Notes: generated by a model not told the origin, from the sequence alone. 64,000 nucleotides of DNA from Gammaproteobacteria bacterium (GCA_028279275.1 JANQOB010000012.1:20203-84202); one strand, 5' to 3'. Shown: positions 50,553 to 62,095, counted from the stretch's first letter. Numbers and translations: made by a program.

Positions 50553-50969
50553 ATGTTTTGGCAAGATACACTAATACTGCAATCTACTGGTCGTGGTACT
50601 TATGAGGTCACGCGCAAGATCGAAAATATGATCCGTGACTCGGGTGTGAAACAAGGGCTCTGTCATATATTTATTAGACATACGAGTGCTTCATTAATTA
50701 TCAGTGAAAATGCTGATCCTGCTGTACATCGTGATTTAGAAACATTTATGTCAAAACTTAGTCCAGATGGAGATCCGATGTTTACACACTGTTCAGAAGG
50801 TGATGATGATATGCCAGCGCATGTACGTTCCGTACTCACACAAACCGAATTAAATATACCGATTACAAAAGGGTCTTCTGGCTTAGGAACATGGCAAGGA
50901 ATTTATTTATGGGAGCACCGAACATCACCTCACCAAAGAAAAATAATCGTTACTATTCACGGACAATAA
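50553..50969 (+). CDS. yjbQ: YjbQ/UPF0047 family protein
   Basis: Family length and conserved His-rich motifs (LCHIFIRHTSASL..). Confidence 0.75.
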   Translation: MFWQDTLILQSTGRGTYEVTRKIENMIRDSGVKQGLCHIFIRHTSASLIISENADPAVHRDLETFMSKLSPDGDPMFTHCSEGDDDMPAHVRSVLTQTELNIPITKGSSGLGTWQGIYLWEHRTSPHQRKIIVTIHGQ

Positions 50970-50996
50970 GTCATTACTCGTGTTTGAAATACTTAT

Positions 50997-51704
50997 ATGA
51001 ATATTTTTGCTGAAATTCGTTGTATTACTTTTGATTTGGATGACACTTTATGGCCTTGTGAGCCTACTATTCTTAATGCGGAAAATGCTTTATACAATTG
51101 GCTAACCGAAAATTACTCAAAAATTAGCCAACAATTTTCGTTTGAAGAAATTAAAGAGCATCGCGTGGATTTTGCTAATCGAAATACGCATTTAGCGCAT
51201 GACGTAACAGCACTGCGAAGAGAGTCTTTGCTTGAATTGGCAAAAAAGTTTGAATATCCATTACATATGGCCGACGATGGTTTAGCATTGTTTAGAAAAC
51301 ATAGAAACCGAGTCAGTTTTTTCTCTGATGCATTACCCACTCTCAGCGAACTTGCTAAGCACTACAAGCTTGGTGCGATTACAAATGGTAATGCAGATTT
51401 AGAATCAATTGGCGTAAAAGAATATTTTGATTTTATTGTAACCGCTCAAGAAGCAGGTGTTGCAAAGCCGGATGAAAAAATATTTAGTTATGCCCAAAAT
51501 AAAACCAATCTCGCATGTAATCAGTTTATTTATGTAGGCGACCATCCTACGATTGATATGCTGGGTTGTATAAAAAGTGGCTGGAGATCGCTTTGGTTTA
51601 ATCCTGAGAAAAATCCGTGGCCAGACGATGAACTACATCGAGAATTTCAGCCTGATGCGGAAATACAAAAACTAAGCCAATTACCGGAATTATTAAAAAT
51701 TTAA
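50997..51704 (+). CDS. HAD-superfamily hydrolase
   Basis: Motif I DLDDTLW and motif IV GDHPTIDMLG. Confidence 0.75.
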   Translation: MNIFAEIRCITFDLDDTLWPCEPTILNAENALYNWLTENYSKISQQFSFEEIKEHRVDFANRNTHLAHDVTALRRESLLELAKKFEYPLHMADDGLALFRKHRNRVSFFSDALPTLSELAKHYKLGAITNGNADLESIGVKEYFDFIVTAQEAGVAKPDEKIFSYAQNKTNLACNQFIYVGDHPTIDMLGCIKSGWRSLWFNPEKNPWPDDELHREFQPDAEIQKLSQLPELLKI

Positions 51705-51727
51705 AAGTTAGTATTAAGGAGCAAGAA

Positions 51728-52063
51728 ATGTCTGAAAACACTCCAGACCTGGAAGAAAGAGTAAGAAAACTAGAACGAATTATGTTTACTATGCGTATAG
51801 CAATCATTGTTATTGTCGGATTTATGATGTACGACGCTCTATCACCAGATACTGGTTCAGATGTCATTTTTGCAGATAAAATTAAGTCTAGAGCTTTTGT
51901 ATTACTGGGCGCTGGTGATCAACCAGTAGGATATTGGGATGACAAAGATAACAATGGCTTTAAGATGTATTCAAAACAAGGCAATCATGTTTTGTTAAAA
52001 CCTGAAGCACTTACTTTTTATGAAGATAAGTTAAACCCAGAGGTCAAATCTCAATATGATTAA
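51728..52063 (+). CDS. Hypothetical membrane protein (111 aa)
   Basis: Good SD (aggagcaagaa ATG) and a single TM helix. Confidence 0.4.
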   Translation: MSENTPDLEERVRKLERIMFTMRIAIIVIVGFMMYDALSPDTGSDVIFADKIKSRAFVLLGAGDQPVGYWDDKDNNGFKMYSKQGNHVLLKPEALTFYEDKLNPEVKSQYD

Positions 52064-52091
52064 AAAATTACATTAGTCACAATTGGTTTTT

Positions 52092-53594
52092 TTAATCAAT
52101 TTTTTCGCCATATTTCTTTTTATGTAGCGTCTTAGATTGACTCACCCATTTATCTCGATTGATGCGATCCGGGAAACTACCTAAAGTTTCAGCTAAAGTT
52201 TTAATATCATCTTTAGTTAGTCGGCCAAGTTGCTCATAAGAGTATACGCCAAAGTCGTTTAGTTTACTCTCCATTACAGGGCCAATCCCTTTAACAACTT
52301 TTAAATCATCTTTAACTTTTGCTGCCGCAATCTTTAATCCTTTGGCTGGGGCTTTCAAGCCCGTTGCTGGTTTACTTTTCGTTTTTTCAACTTTTTTTGC
52401 AGCTTTTTTAACAGTTCGTTTCTGACGTTGTGGCTGTGCAGTTATGCGATTTATTTTACTTTTAAATGCTTCAATTGTTTGCTCATGTTCACGCAACATG
52501 GCTAAGTCGAGTTTAGACGACTGCAATTCACTTTCAAGCTCAGTCATTTTAGATTTATATTCCTGGACCACAGTTGCGCTTGAAGCCTGAGCGCGGCTTT
52601 CGGCAGTGCGTAATTGTTCACGTAAGTCATCAATGACTGCATCCTTTTCTTCACAAGTGTCCACGAATACGCGTTCTTTTTCGCTTGCTTCAAGTTTAAC
52701 TTCATTTATTTGTTTATATGTTCGACCAAGTACAGTATTTTTAGAAGTGCCAAGTAATCGAACTTTGTCCATAAAGCGATTAAATTTAGTGTCTTGCCCA
52801 GGCATTTCACCTTCTAAAGGTGTGAGCTGGTCAATTCGATTTTGTAGTTGGACTAAAGTTTCTTGGTTGCGAGTATTTTGTTCGGCCAAGTCTTTAGCGC
52901 GAAGTTTTTGTAGCTCATTTATCTCAGTTTGTGACTTGTTCTGTAAGTCATATAGCTGTGCTTTAGCTTCATTAAGTTGTTTTTTGATTTCAGGATTCAT
53001 TAAAGATCGGTCTTGCCTCCACTTTGATTGAATTTGACTGATCATGCCATATAGACCTTTCATGTCATTTTCAGAAATAGTTACTTTGTCATTGAGCCGA
53101 TGTACTTTATCGATCATGTCATCAAGCATAAATTTAAAAGACTCTTGATCTGTGACTCGTTTATTGAGCCGTTTTATTTTTTGATTTGCGTCTTCATGTA
53201 AATCAGCATAATGGCAAGCAAGATGTTCGAAATCATTGCGTTCACCAAGTGTTTGTTGATACATGCCTTGGACTTTTTTTAACCAAGCTTGATGAATAGG
53301 TAATTGCTTGGCTTTTTTAAGTGTGGTTTGCCACCGTGAAGTCATCAACATTAACTCACCACTTTGGTGGTCATATTGCGCTTGAATGTTGTCGCGCTGA
53401 GTTTTATAGCTGGCAGCTTGTTTATTGGCTTCTTCTAACTCACCTGCTTGTGTTTTAATTTTATTTTCTAAGTCGGTGCGTAATTCGGCTAAATCACGGT
53501 TACATGTGTGTCGGCGGATAAGCCACCCCACAACTACACCTAGTGCTGCTGCCGCTGCTAAATAGCCTAATAATTCATTTAATAAATAGCTCAT
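52092..53594 (-). CDS. Membrane-anchored long coiled-coil protein with C-terminal helix-hairpin-helix-like domain
   Basis: N-terminal TM (LLGYLAAAAALGVVVGWLI), then ~400 aa of heptad-rich sequence with a Lys-rich stretch. The C-terminal VKGIGPVMESKLNDFGVYSYEQL is HhH-like. Confidence 0.55.
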   Translation of the reverse strand: MSYLLNELLGYLAAAAALGVVVGWLIRRHTCNRDLAELRTDLENKIKTQAGELEEANKQAASYKTQRDNIQAQYDHQSGELMLMTSRWQTTLKKAKQLPIHQAWLKKVQGMYQQTLGERNDFEHLACHYADLHEDANQKIKRLNKRVTDQESFKFMLDDMIDKVHRLNDKVTISENDMKGLYGMISQIQSKWRQDRSLMNPEIKKQLNEAKAQLYDLQNKSQTEINELQKLRAKDLAEQNTRNQETLVQLQNRIDQLTPLEGEMPGQDTKFNRFMDKVRLLGTSKNTVLGRTYKQINEVKLEASEKERVFVDTCEEKDAVIDDLREQLRTAESRAQASSATVVQEYKSKMTELESELQSSKLDLAMLREHEQTIEAFKSKINRITAQPQRQKRTVKKAAKKVEKTKSKPATGLKAPAKGLKIAAAKVKDDLKVVKGIGPVMESKLNDFGVYSYEQLGRLTKDDIKTLAETLGSFPDRINRDKWVSQSKTLHKKKYGEKID

Positions 53595-53645
53595 AGTTAT
53601 GGTCTCTTATTTATATTGTTTTATTTCTTAAATGTTTCAAGATTA

Positions 53646-54452
53646 TTATTGTATTCGGGAAATTGCGAACTCTATGCGACGGTTTTGCGCTCGCCCTTCG
53701 ACTGAGTCATTTGATGCTATCGGTGATGTATCACCAAAACCCGTTGCAGTCAGTCTTTCGGGTTGAATGCCATTGCTGCTAAGATAATCTAATACAGACT
53801 GCGCGCGTTGTTGGCTCAAATGCAAATTCAGTTCATCATCACCAACATTATCAGTATGGCCTTCAACAGCGACACTAAACTCTTTATGTTCATTTAACAC
53901 GCTAACTACATCATTAAGAATTAGCTTACCTTTTTCGGTGATTTCGTCACTGCCGAATAAAAAAGTGATTCCAGAAAGATCCAAGGTTTGTAGCAACTCC
54001 TCCACGACTTCTTCTTGGGCAGTTTCTATCTCAGACTCAGGAGCCACAGCAACTTCTGGTTCGGCCTCCGGCTCAAAATCTGGGAGTGGCTCAAGCTTAG
54101 GTTTCATGACTACCTTTGGTTTCGTCATTTCAGGTTCTGCTTTTGCTATAACTAGCTGATTGTCCACAGTTCTGATGCCTGGCATGGCTGTAATAATTTG
54201 TTCAATTTCATCTGAGCGACTTTGGCTCGCGACAGCCCCTGTTAGCGTAGCATCACGGCCATCTATGTTGACAATAGCGTTGCCGATTTGATTTTCCTTT
54301 AAAAGCTGATTGCTTTTTAAGCTCAAGTCATTTTGTATGTGCTCGGCTTTACTATCTTTGGTATACCAATACAAAGCGATAAATCCAATCAAGCCAAGTA
54401 TGAGAGGAAGTAATATGCCAAGAGTAAAACTATTCGTGCGTTGATCCGTCAT
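53646..54452 (-). CDS. OmpA/MotB-family peptidoglycan-binding protein with BON-like domain
   Basis: N-terminal TM, a BON-like segment (IVNIDGRDATLTGAV..AMPGIRTVDNQL), and a C-terminal OmpA_C domain (FGSDEI...EGHTDNVG...NRRIE). Confidence 0.75.
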   Translation of the reverse strand: MTDQRTNSFTLGILLPLILGLIGFIALYWYTKDSKAEHIQNDLSLKSNQLLKENQIGNAIVNIDGRDATLTGAVASQSRSDEIEQIITAMPGIRTVDNQLVIAKAEPEMTKPKVVMKPKLEPLPDFEPEAEPEVAVAPESEIETAQEEVVEELLQTLDLSGITFLFGSDEITEKGKLILNDVVSVLNEHKEFSVAVEGHTDNVGDDELNLHLSQQRAQSVLDYLSSNGIQPERLTATGFGDTSPIASNDSVEGRAQNRRIEFAISRIQ

Positions 54453-54686
54453 GGTTGGAATCTGTTTTATAGTTTTAATTTGCTGAGAATCTATTCAAGG
54501 TTAGTATTGCTTGAACGTCGGCAATTCGCAAACAAAATTACATGAATAACGTTTATTTAGAGGTTTGGATGTGGGGTAAATTGAAAATTTACCCATATAA
54601 AATTTAAGGGATTGTAAAAGAAAGATGTAAAGCCCAATTTTTAGATATGTAAATGCTAGTTTTTCAAGTGGTTTAACATAACAGTT

Positions 54687-55148
54687 TCATGCGGAAGTAA
54701 ACTCTTCTGGGATGTGTTTATTCAGTTTAGTTATCAAGGCTATGAAATGTTTGTTCTCTGTCTTCGTGAGATCAGAAAACAGTTTACTGTATGCATGATC
54801 CATTACATCAATTCCAAGTTTGGCAATTTCTTCGCCTTTTAGGGTTAGCTTGATGTCTACTACTCTGCGATCGAATTGATTATGTGAACGCTCTATGCAA
54901 CCCCTATCTTCGAGTTGATCTAAATATCGGCTTACAGTTGCACGTTCTATCATTAGTTCCTCTGCAAGCTTGGCAGGCGTATGAATTACATTATTGGAAA
55001 TAACATTAATTAATCGCCATTGATTGAACTTAAGGCCATGACAATTCAACTCTTTATTTAGTTTTGTGCGTGCAAAGGAATTAAGCTTATCTGCAAACGA
55101 GATAATCATAGGTAAGGCCGAATGATTGGTACTATATTTTACGTTCAT
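54687..55148 (-). CDS. MarR-family transcriptional regulator
   Basis: Winged-HTH region (TPAKLAEELMIERATVSRYLDQLEDRGCIER..DRRVVDIKLT). Confidence 0.8.
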   Translation of the reverse strand: MNVKYSTNHSALPMIISFADKLNSFARTKLNKELNCHGLKFNQWRLINVISNNVIHTPAKLAEELMIERATVSRYLDQLEDRGCIERSHNQFDRRVVDIKLTLKGEEIAKLGIDVMDHAYSKLFSDLTKTENKHFIALITKLNKHIPEEFTSA

Positions 55149-55322
55149 ATGCTTCGATCAAGTAACTAGAATGAGTCAGTTACTTATTTTTAGCATAATC
55201 TTTGTATTTAAAGTGTTGCTAAAGTTTGAGATTACGATTGTTTACAGTTACGAATGTTCATAATTAACATTTGTTAACTATTACACCCTAGAATGGGAGT
55301 TCCTCTATACCACTGAGTAAAT

Positions 55323-55413
55323 GGTGCCCCGAGTAAGAGTCGAACCACCCTTGCGCGTGGGGTACTCCGCGCAGATTAATTTATCGCGAAGCGATTCATT
55401 AGCTATGCAGGGG
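55323..55413 (-). pseudogene. Decayed tRNA-Arg-like copy (intact 3' 25 nt, degenerate body)
   Basis: The 3' 25 nt (tggtgccccgagtaAgagtcgaacc on +) match 24/25 of the downstream tRNA-Arg 3' end. The rest retains only fragments (cccctgcATAGCTaatgaatcGC) and cannot form D, anticodon or T arms. Confidence 0.4.
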
Positions 55414-55435
55414 TTTATTCGAGATGATAAGTAAA

Positions 55436-55512
55436 TGGTGCCCCGAGTAGGAGTCGAACCTACGACCTTCCCCTTAGGAGGGGGACGCTCTATCCAGCTG
55501 AGCTATCGGGGC
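55436..55512 (-). tRNA. tRNA-Arg (anticodon CCU)
   Basis: Hand-folded. Acceptor GCCCCGA/TCGGGGC, D arm GCTC-AGCTGGATA-GAGC, anticodon arm TCCCC-CTCCTAA-GGGGA, T arm GTAGG-TTCGACT-CCTAC. CCA is encoded. Confidence 0.85.
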
Positions 55513-55587
55513 AGGTCACATCCATAAATCTAATTATGACTGTATTGGGATATGTAACTTATCATCTTTAGCTAATTGAGAGAAAAG

Positions 55588-55632
55588 GTGTCGCTACGCT
55601 ACAATTTAATTTGCGTGGAATACCCACTCGCA
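55588..55632. repeat. Hairpin-containing direct repeat, copy 1 (imperfect)
   Basis: gtgtcgctacgctacaatttaatttgcgtggaatacccactcgcaa, about 36/46 identical to copy 2. Confidence 0.5.
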
Positions 55633-55696
55633 AAAGATTATCTAAAGCCATAGTCAGTGCTATTCACAGTTGCTATGTGCTAGGTAACTCAAATTT

Positions 55697-55742
55697 GTGT
55701 CGCTACGCGACCACTAAACTTGCGAGTAATACCCACTCGCAA
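55697..55742. repeat. Hairpin-containing direct repeat, copy 2; possible tRNA-Leu terminator
   Basis: gtgtcgctacgcgaccactaaacttgcgagtaatacccactcgcaa. Perfect 8-bp stem ttgcgagt/actcgcaa with a 7-nt loop, abutting the tRNA-Leu 3' end. Confidence 0.5.
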
Positions 55743-55746
55743 GTGT

Positions 55747-55832
55747 GGTGCCGAGGGAGAGAATCGAACTCTCACTCTGTTTCCAGAACCGGATTTTGAA
55801 TCCGGCGCGTCTACCAGTTCCGCCACCCCGGC
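55747..55832 (-). tRNA. tRNA-Leu (anticodon CAA)
   Basis: Revcomp reads GCCGGGGTGGCGGAACTGGTAGACGCGCCGGATTCAAAATCCGG + long variable arm + GAGAGTTCGATTCTCTCCCTCGGCACCA, a class II tRNA. Confidence 0.9.
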
Positions 55833-55928
55833 AAATTTGTGTTCAAATCAATGTCTAGTGTAGCGCAAATTGCTAAGCTAGTAACAAATTGCCTAATAAT
55901 TACAAAAACATTTTTTAGAACACTTCAC

Positions 55929-58077
<2,149 letters not shown>

Positions 58078-58111
58078 TACGCCGCTTCATATTGAATCAG
58101 TACTCAGCACT

Positions 58112-58438
58112 ATGTTTTTAATTTCAGACGCAATGGCCGAAGGCGCGGCTGCACAGGGGGGTGGCGGAATAGAATTATTTGTCATGATCGGAATTTTCTT
58201 TGCCATCATGTATTTCATGATTATTCGCCCACAGTCAAAGCGTCAAAAAGAACATCAAAAACTCATAGGTTCACTTTCTAAAGGAGACGAGGTAGAAACT
58301 ACCGGCGGTATGTTGGGAAAAATTATAAATGTGGGTGATAACGCACTGCAAATAGAAGTTTCAGAGGGTGTAATTATCAAATTACAAAAAAATTCAATTT
58401 CCAAAGTGTTGCCGAAAGGCTCGCTTAAACAGGATTGA
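58112..58438 (+). CDS. yajC: Preprotein translocase subunit YajC
   Basis: Small TM protein, between tgt and secD. Confidence 0.9.
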   Translation: MFLISDAMAEGAAAQGGGGIELFVMIGIFFAIMYFMIIRPQSKRQKEHQKLIGSLSKGDEVETTGGMLGKIINVGDNALQIEVSEGVIIKLQKNSISKVLPKGSLKQD

Positions 58439-58488
58439 AAATCTTTATCTCATTCACACTATTCAATAGCAAGGCAAAGTAAAGAGCT

Positions 58489-60357
58489 ATGATTCCAATG
58501 AATCATTATCCATTGTGGAAGTATCTGCTGATTTTATTCATTGTTTCAGCAGCAGCGTTATACGCTTTGCCAAATTTATATCCGAATGTTCCAGCGGTGC
58601 AAGTCTCTCACGAATCAGGAGAATTAGCTGACACAACTTTAGGCACCTTAAAAGAAGCGTTACAAAAAGAAAACGTTAAAATTCAAGGTGAGGAAGAACA
58701 AGATAATCGCATTCTGCTGCGATTTGAAAATACAGAAAAACAACTTCAAGCATCTGAAATCGCAAAAGATACCTTAGACGGTCAGCATGTAGTGGCATTA
58801 AATTTAGCGCCTGCAACGCCAAAATGGCTGCGTGCATTGGGTGCGTCGCCTATGAATCTAGGTTTAGATCTGCGTGGCGGGGTTCATTTCTTACTACAAG
58901 TTGATATGAAGGCTGCTAAACAAAAAGCTTTGAACAATTATGTATCCTCATTTCGTACTTCACTGAGAGAAGCAGATTTACGACGTTTTTCAGTTTCGCA
59001 AGATAACGCTCAATTGAATATTAAGTTTCGTGATGCAGAAAGTGGTGCAAAAGGTCTCGCGACATTGCAAAAAGAATACGCAGATGAATTAACTTTTGAA
59101 GAAAATGCTGACGATGATGATTATTTTATTACCGGGGAAATTAGTGAAGATGCATTGAGGGAAATACAAAGTCTAGCGATTCAACAAAATATTCAAACCT
59201 TACGTAATCGTGTAAATGAATTGGGGGTAGCAGAGCCGGTTATCCAGCAACAAGGTGCTGAGCGTATTGTGGTGCAGTTACCTGGTGTACAAGATACGGC
59301 GCAAGCCAAAGAAATATTAGGTGCTACCGCAACTGTCGAATTTAGACTTGTTGACGAACAAAATGATCCTTTTGCCGCTGCTGAAACAGGTAGAGTACCG
59401 GTAGGTTCAGTTCTTTATTATGAGCGTGATAGCAAAAATCCAATTTTGCTCAAGCGTAATGTGATGCTTACGGGTGACAGAATTATCAATGCAAACTCAG
59501 GCTTTGATGAAAACGGCAGGCCTGCAGCGATTATCACCTTAGATGGGCAGGGCGCCAGTCGATTTAGCAAAGTTACATCAGAGAATATTAAAAAACTTAT
59601 GGCGGTTGTCTTTATTGATAATAAAACAGTTATTGTCAATAAAGATGGTGAAAAAGTTAGGAAAACAATTAGATCAGAAGAAGTAATTAATGTTGCACGT
59701 ATTCAAGAGCAACTCAGTAAGCGTTTTCAAATCGAAGGGTTGGATTCAACACATGAAGCATTAAAACTATCGTTATTATTACGTGCCGGCGCCTTAGCTG
59801 CCCCTGTAGAGATTGTTGAAGAGCGCACAGTAGGCCCAAGTCTTGGGCAGGAAAATATTCGCCTCGGTAAAAAGTCAATTTTAATTGGTTTAGTGCTAGT
59901 GATGATTTTCATGCTGATCTATTACCGCATGTTTGGAATCGCAGCAAATGTTGCCCTAGCGGCAAACTTGGTTTTGATAATTGGCATTATGTCACTTATA
60001 CCTGGAGCCACTCTTACACTCCCAGGCATAGCAGGTATTGTGCTAACGGTGGGTATGGCGGTAGATGCCAATGTGCTTATATTTGAGCGTATTCGTGAGG
60101 AACTGAAAAATGGTAATTCACCTCAGGCGAGTATTCATGCTGGTTATGCAAAGGCACTGTCTACTATTGCTGATGCAAATATTACGACTTTAATTGCAGC
60201 AGTAGTGTTATTTATTTTTGGTACAGGACCGATCAAAGGTTTTGCAGTGACATTATCCATTGGAATTGTATGTTCAATGTTTACTGCAATTATGGGTACA
60301 CGAGCTTTAGTGAATTTATTTTATGGAAATAAGAAAACGCCGTCGCTTGCTATTTAG
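58489..60357 (+). CDS. secD: Protein translocase subunit SecD
   Basis: 622 aa with a large periplasmic domain and a C-terminal 6-TM bundle. Confidence 0.95.
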   Translation: MIPMNHYPLWKYLLILFIVSAAALYALPNLYPNVPAVQVSHESGELADTTLGTLKEALQKENVKIQGEEEQDNRILLRFENTEKQLQASEIAKDTLDGQHVVALNLAPATPKWLRALGASPMNLGLDLRGGVHFLLQVDMKAAKQKALNNYVSSFRTSLREADLRRFSVSQDNAQLNIKFRDAESGAKGLATLQKEYADELTFEENADDDDYFITGEISEDALREIQSLAIQQNIQTLRNRVNELGVAEPVIQQQGAERIVVQLPGVQDTAQAKEILGATATVEFRLVDEQNDPFAAAETGRVPVGSVLYYERDSKNPILLKRNVMLTGDRIINANSGFDENGRPAAIITLDGQGASRFSKVTSENIKKLMAVVFIDNKTVIVNKDGEKVRKTIRSEEVINVARIQEQLSKRFQIEGLDSTHEALKLSLLLRAGALAAPVEIVEERTVGPSLGQENIRLGKKSILIGLVLVMIFMLIYYRMFGIAANVALAANLVLIIGIMSLIPGATLTLPGIAGIVLTVGMAVDANVLIFERIREELKNGNSPQASIHAGYAKALSTIADANITTLIAAVVLFIFGTGPIKGFAVTLSIGIVCSMFTAIMGTRALVNLFYGNKKTPSLAI

Positions 60358-60370
60358 GTAAATCAAAAAA

Positions 60371-61309
60371 ATGCAGCTTTTAAAAGACAACTTAAAAATT
60401 GATTTTATGGGTAAGCGCAAGCTTGCTTTGGTTTTGTCTTTAGTGTTGATCGTTGTTTCAATTGCTGCGATTACAATGCGCGGGTTAAATTTAGGTATTG
60501 ATTTTACCGGTGGCACATTAGTTGAAGTAGGTTATGAAGGTTCGGTTGAACTGGAGCCGGTAAGGCAGGCCCTGTTTAGTAGCGGCTTTGATGATGCCAT
60601 TGTGCAGCATTTTGGCACCTCCAAAGATGTGCTTATCCGTTTACCGGTAGCCGATCAAGACGAAGACAAGGCTCAGTTAAGTAACAACGTATTAGATGCA
60701 CTTGCGTCAACCGGTGCACCAGAAATGCGCCGAGTAGAGTTTGTTGGCCCTCAAGTAGGAGATGAATTGCGCGACAAAGGTGGCTTAGCCATGTTATACG
60801 CATTAGTCGGAATCTTAGTCTATGTATGGCTTCGATTTGAAATCCGATTTTCAGCAGGATCCATTGCGGCTTTGGTGCATGATGTTATTTTAGTGGTTGG
60901 TTTTTTTGCTCTTACGCAAGTTGAGTTTGACTTAACCGTGTTGGCTGCATTATTGGCTGTAATAGGTTACTCATTGAATGACACCATTGTGGTGTTTGAT
61001 CGCATAAGAGAAAATTTCAGACGCTTGCGAAAAGCGACCTCTAAGGAAGTTATCAATACTTCTATTAATCAAACCTTATCACGAACGTTAATGACATCAC
61101 TGACAACCCTATTGGTGCTTTTTGCTTTGTTTATATTTGGTGGTGAAGTTATTCATGCATTTTCAATTGCATTAATTGTAGGTGTAATAGTAGGAACTTA
61201 TTCTTCTATTTATGTTGCAAGCTCATCGTTACTTGCACTAAATGTAAGTAAAGAAGATTTAATGCAGCCAGAAGTGGAGACGGCTAACGAGGACGGTAGT
61301 CAAGTTTAA
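60371..61309 (+). CDS. secF: Protein translocase subunit SecF
   Basis: 312 aa, with a GLNLGIDFTGG-type motif. Confidence 0.95.
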   Translation: MQLLKDNLKIDFMGKRKLALVLSLVLIVVSIAAITMRGLNLGIDFTGGTLVEVGYEGSVELEPVRQALFSSGFDDAIVQHFGTSKDVLIRLPVADQDEDKAQLSNNVLDALASTGAPEMRRVEFVGPQVGDELRDKGGLAMLYALVGILVYVWLRFEIRFSAGSIAALVHDVILVVGFFALTQVEFDLTVLAALLAVIGYSLNDTIVVFDRIRENFRRLRKATSKEVINTSINQTLSRTLMTSLTTLLVLFALFIFGGEVIHAFSIALIVGVIVGTYSSIYVASSSLLALNVSKEDLMQPEVETANEDGSQV

Positions 61310-62095
61310 CTATTTTTTGTTAAGCGCCTGTAAGATTAAGCGAAATAATTTCGCATTCGCTGCAACAATGTTTCCAGTTTCCATGTGAGTATGACTACCT
61401 TGAGTGTCGCCCACTAGTCCACCAGCTTCCTGAACGATTAGTGCCCCTGCAGCGATATCCCATGTATTGAGTCCAAATTCCCAAAATCCATCAACACGCC
61501 CGGCTGCAACATAAGCAAGATCAAGTGCGGCAGAACCTGCGCGACGTATTCCAGAAGTGTGTAGCATCAATTCTTTAAGTGATGCTAAGTAACGATCAAT
61601 GTTTTGATTTTCTCGAAACGGAAATCCGGTCGCCAGTAATGCGCCCTCTAAGTTTGTTAATTTGGAAACTCTTATTTTACGATCATTTAAAGATGCCCCA
61701 TTACCGCGTCCTGCGCAAAATAATTCATCTTTAAAGGGGTCATAAATAACACCAACTTCTAGTCGATTATTATGTTTTAAAGCGATAGAAACTGAATAAT
61801 GTGGGAAACCGCGCAAAAAATTAGTAGTTCCATCTAAAGGATCGATGATCCATTGAAATTCATCTTTGCTCTCTTTATTAATTTCACCACTTTCCTCTGC
61901 AAGAATTCCGTGATGTGGATATGCACGATGTATAATATTAATAATTTCTTGTTCTGCTTTAAGGTCAACTTCACTTACAAAGTCGTTTTTTTCTTTTGTC
62001 TGAATAGATAGTGAATGTATATGGGACATGTTGCGGGAAATAATTTTTCCAGCTTCACGAGCGGCTTCAATTGCGATATTTAAAGTGGCTTGCAT
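61310..62095 (-). CDS. suhB: Inositol monophosphatase family protein SuhB
   Basis: IMPase motifs (WIIDPLDGTTNF, WD..AG). suhB-trmJ-iscR-iscS arrangement as in E. coli. Confidence 0.9.
   Translation of the reverse strand: MQATLNIAIEAAREAGKIISRNMSHIHSLSIQTKEKNDFVSEVDLKAEQEIINIIHRAYPHHGILAEESGEINKESKDEFQWIIDPLDGTTNFLRGFPHYSVSIALKHNNRLEVGVIYDPFKDELFCAGRGNGASLNDRKIRVSKLTNLEGALLATGFPFRENQNIDRYLASLKELMLHTSGIRRAGSAALDLAYVAAGRVDGFWEFGLNTWDIAAGALIVQEAGGLVGDTQGSHTHMETGNIVAANAKLFRLILQALNKK

Noticed and set aside
52092-54452. Possible Zorya-like (ZorA/ZorB) anti-phage stator module
   Set aside because: The coiled-coil protein has only one TM helix and no MotA/ExbB/TolQ-like channel domain. Gene order is B-then-A, and no ZorC/ZorD-like nuclease or helicase genes are adjacent. 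The pair is kept as an unexplained finding rather than a Zorya call.
51728-55320. Genomic island with integrase next to tRNA-Arg
   Set aside because: No integrase, excisionase, transposase or phage genes appear anywhere in the window. Only the att-like repeat remains.
55323-55413. First tRNA-like sequence as a functional long-arm (class II) or intron-containing tRNA
   Set aside because: The acceptor 5' strand, D, anticodon and T stems cannot be formed. Only the 3' 25 nt are tRNA-like, consistent with a decayed duplicate or att scar.
55611-55799. 62-aa ORF across the tRNA-Leu locus
   Set aside because: It overlaps the tRNA-Leu gene and the hairpin repeats, and has no RBS. It is explained by the tRNA and repeat sequence.
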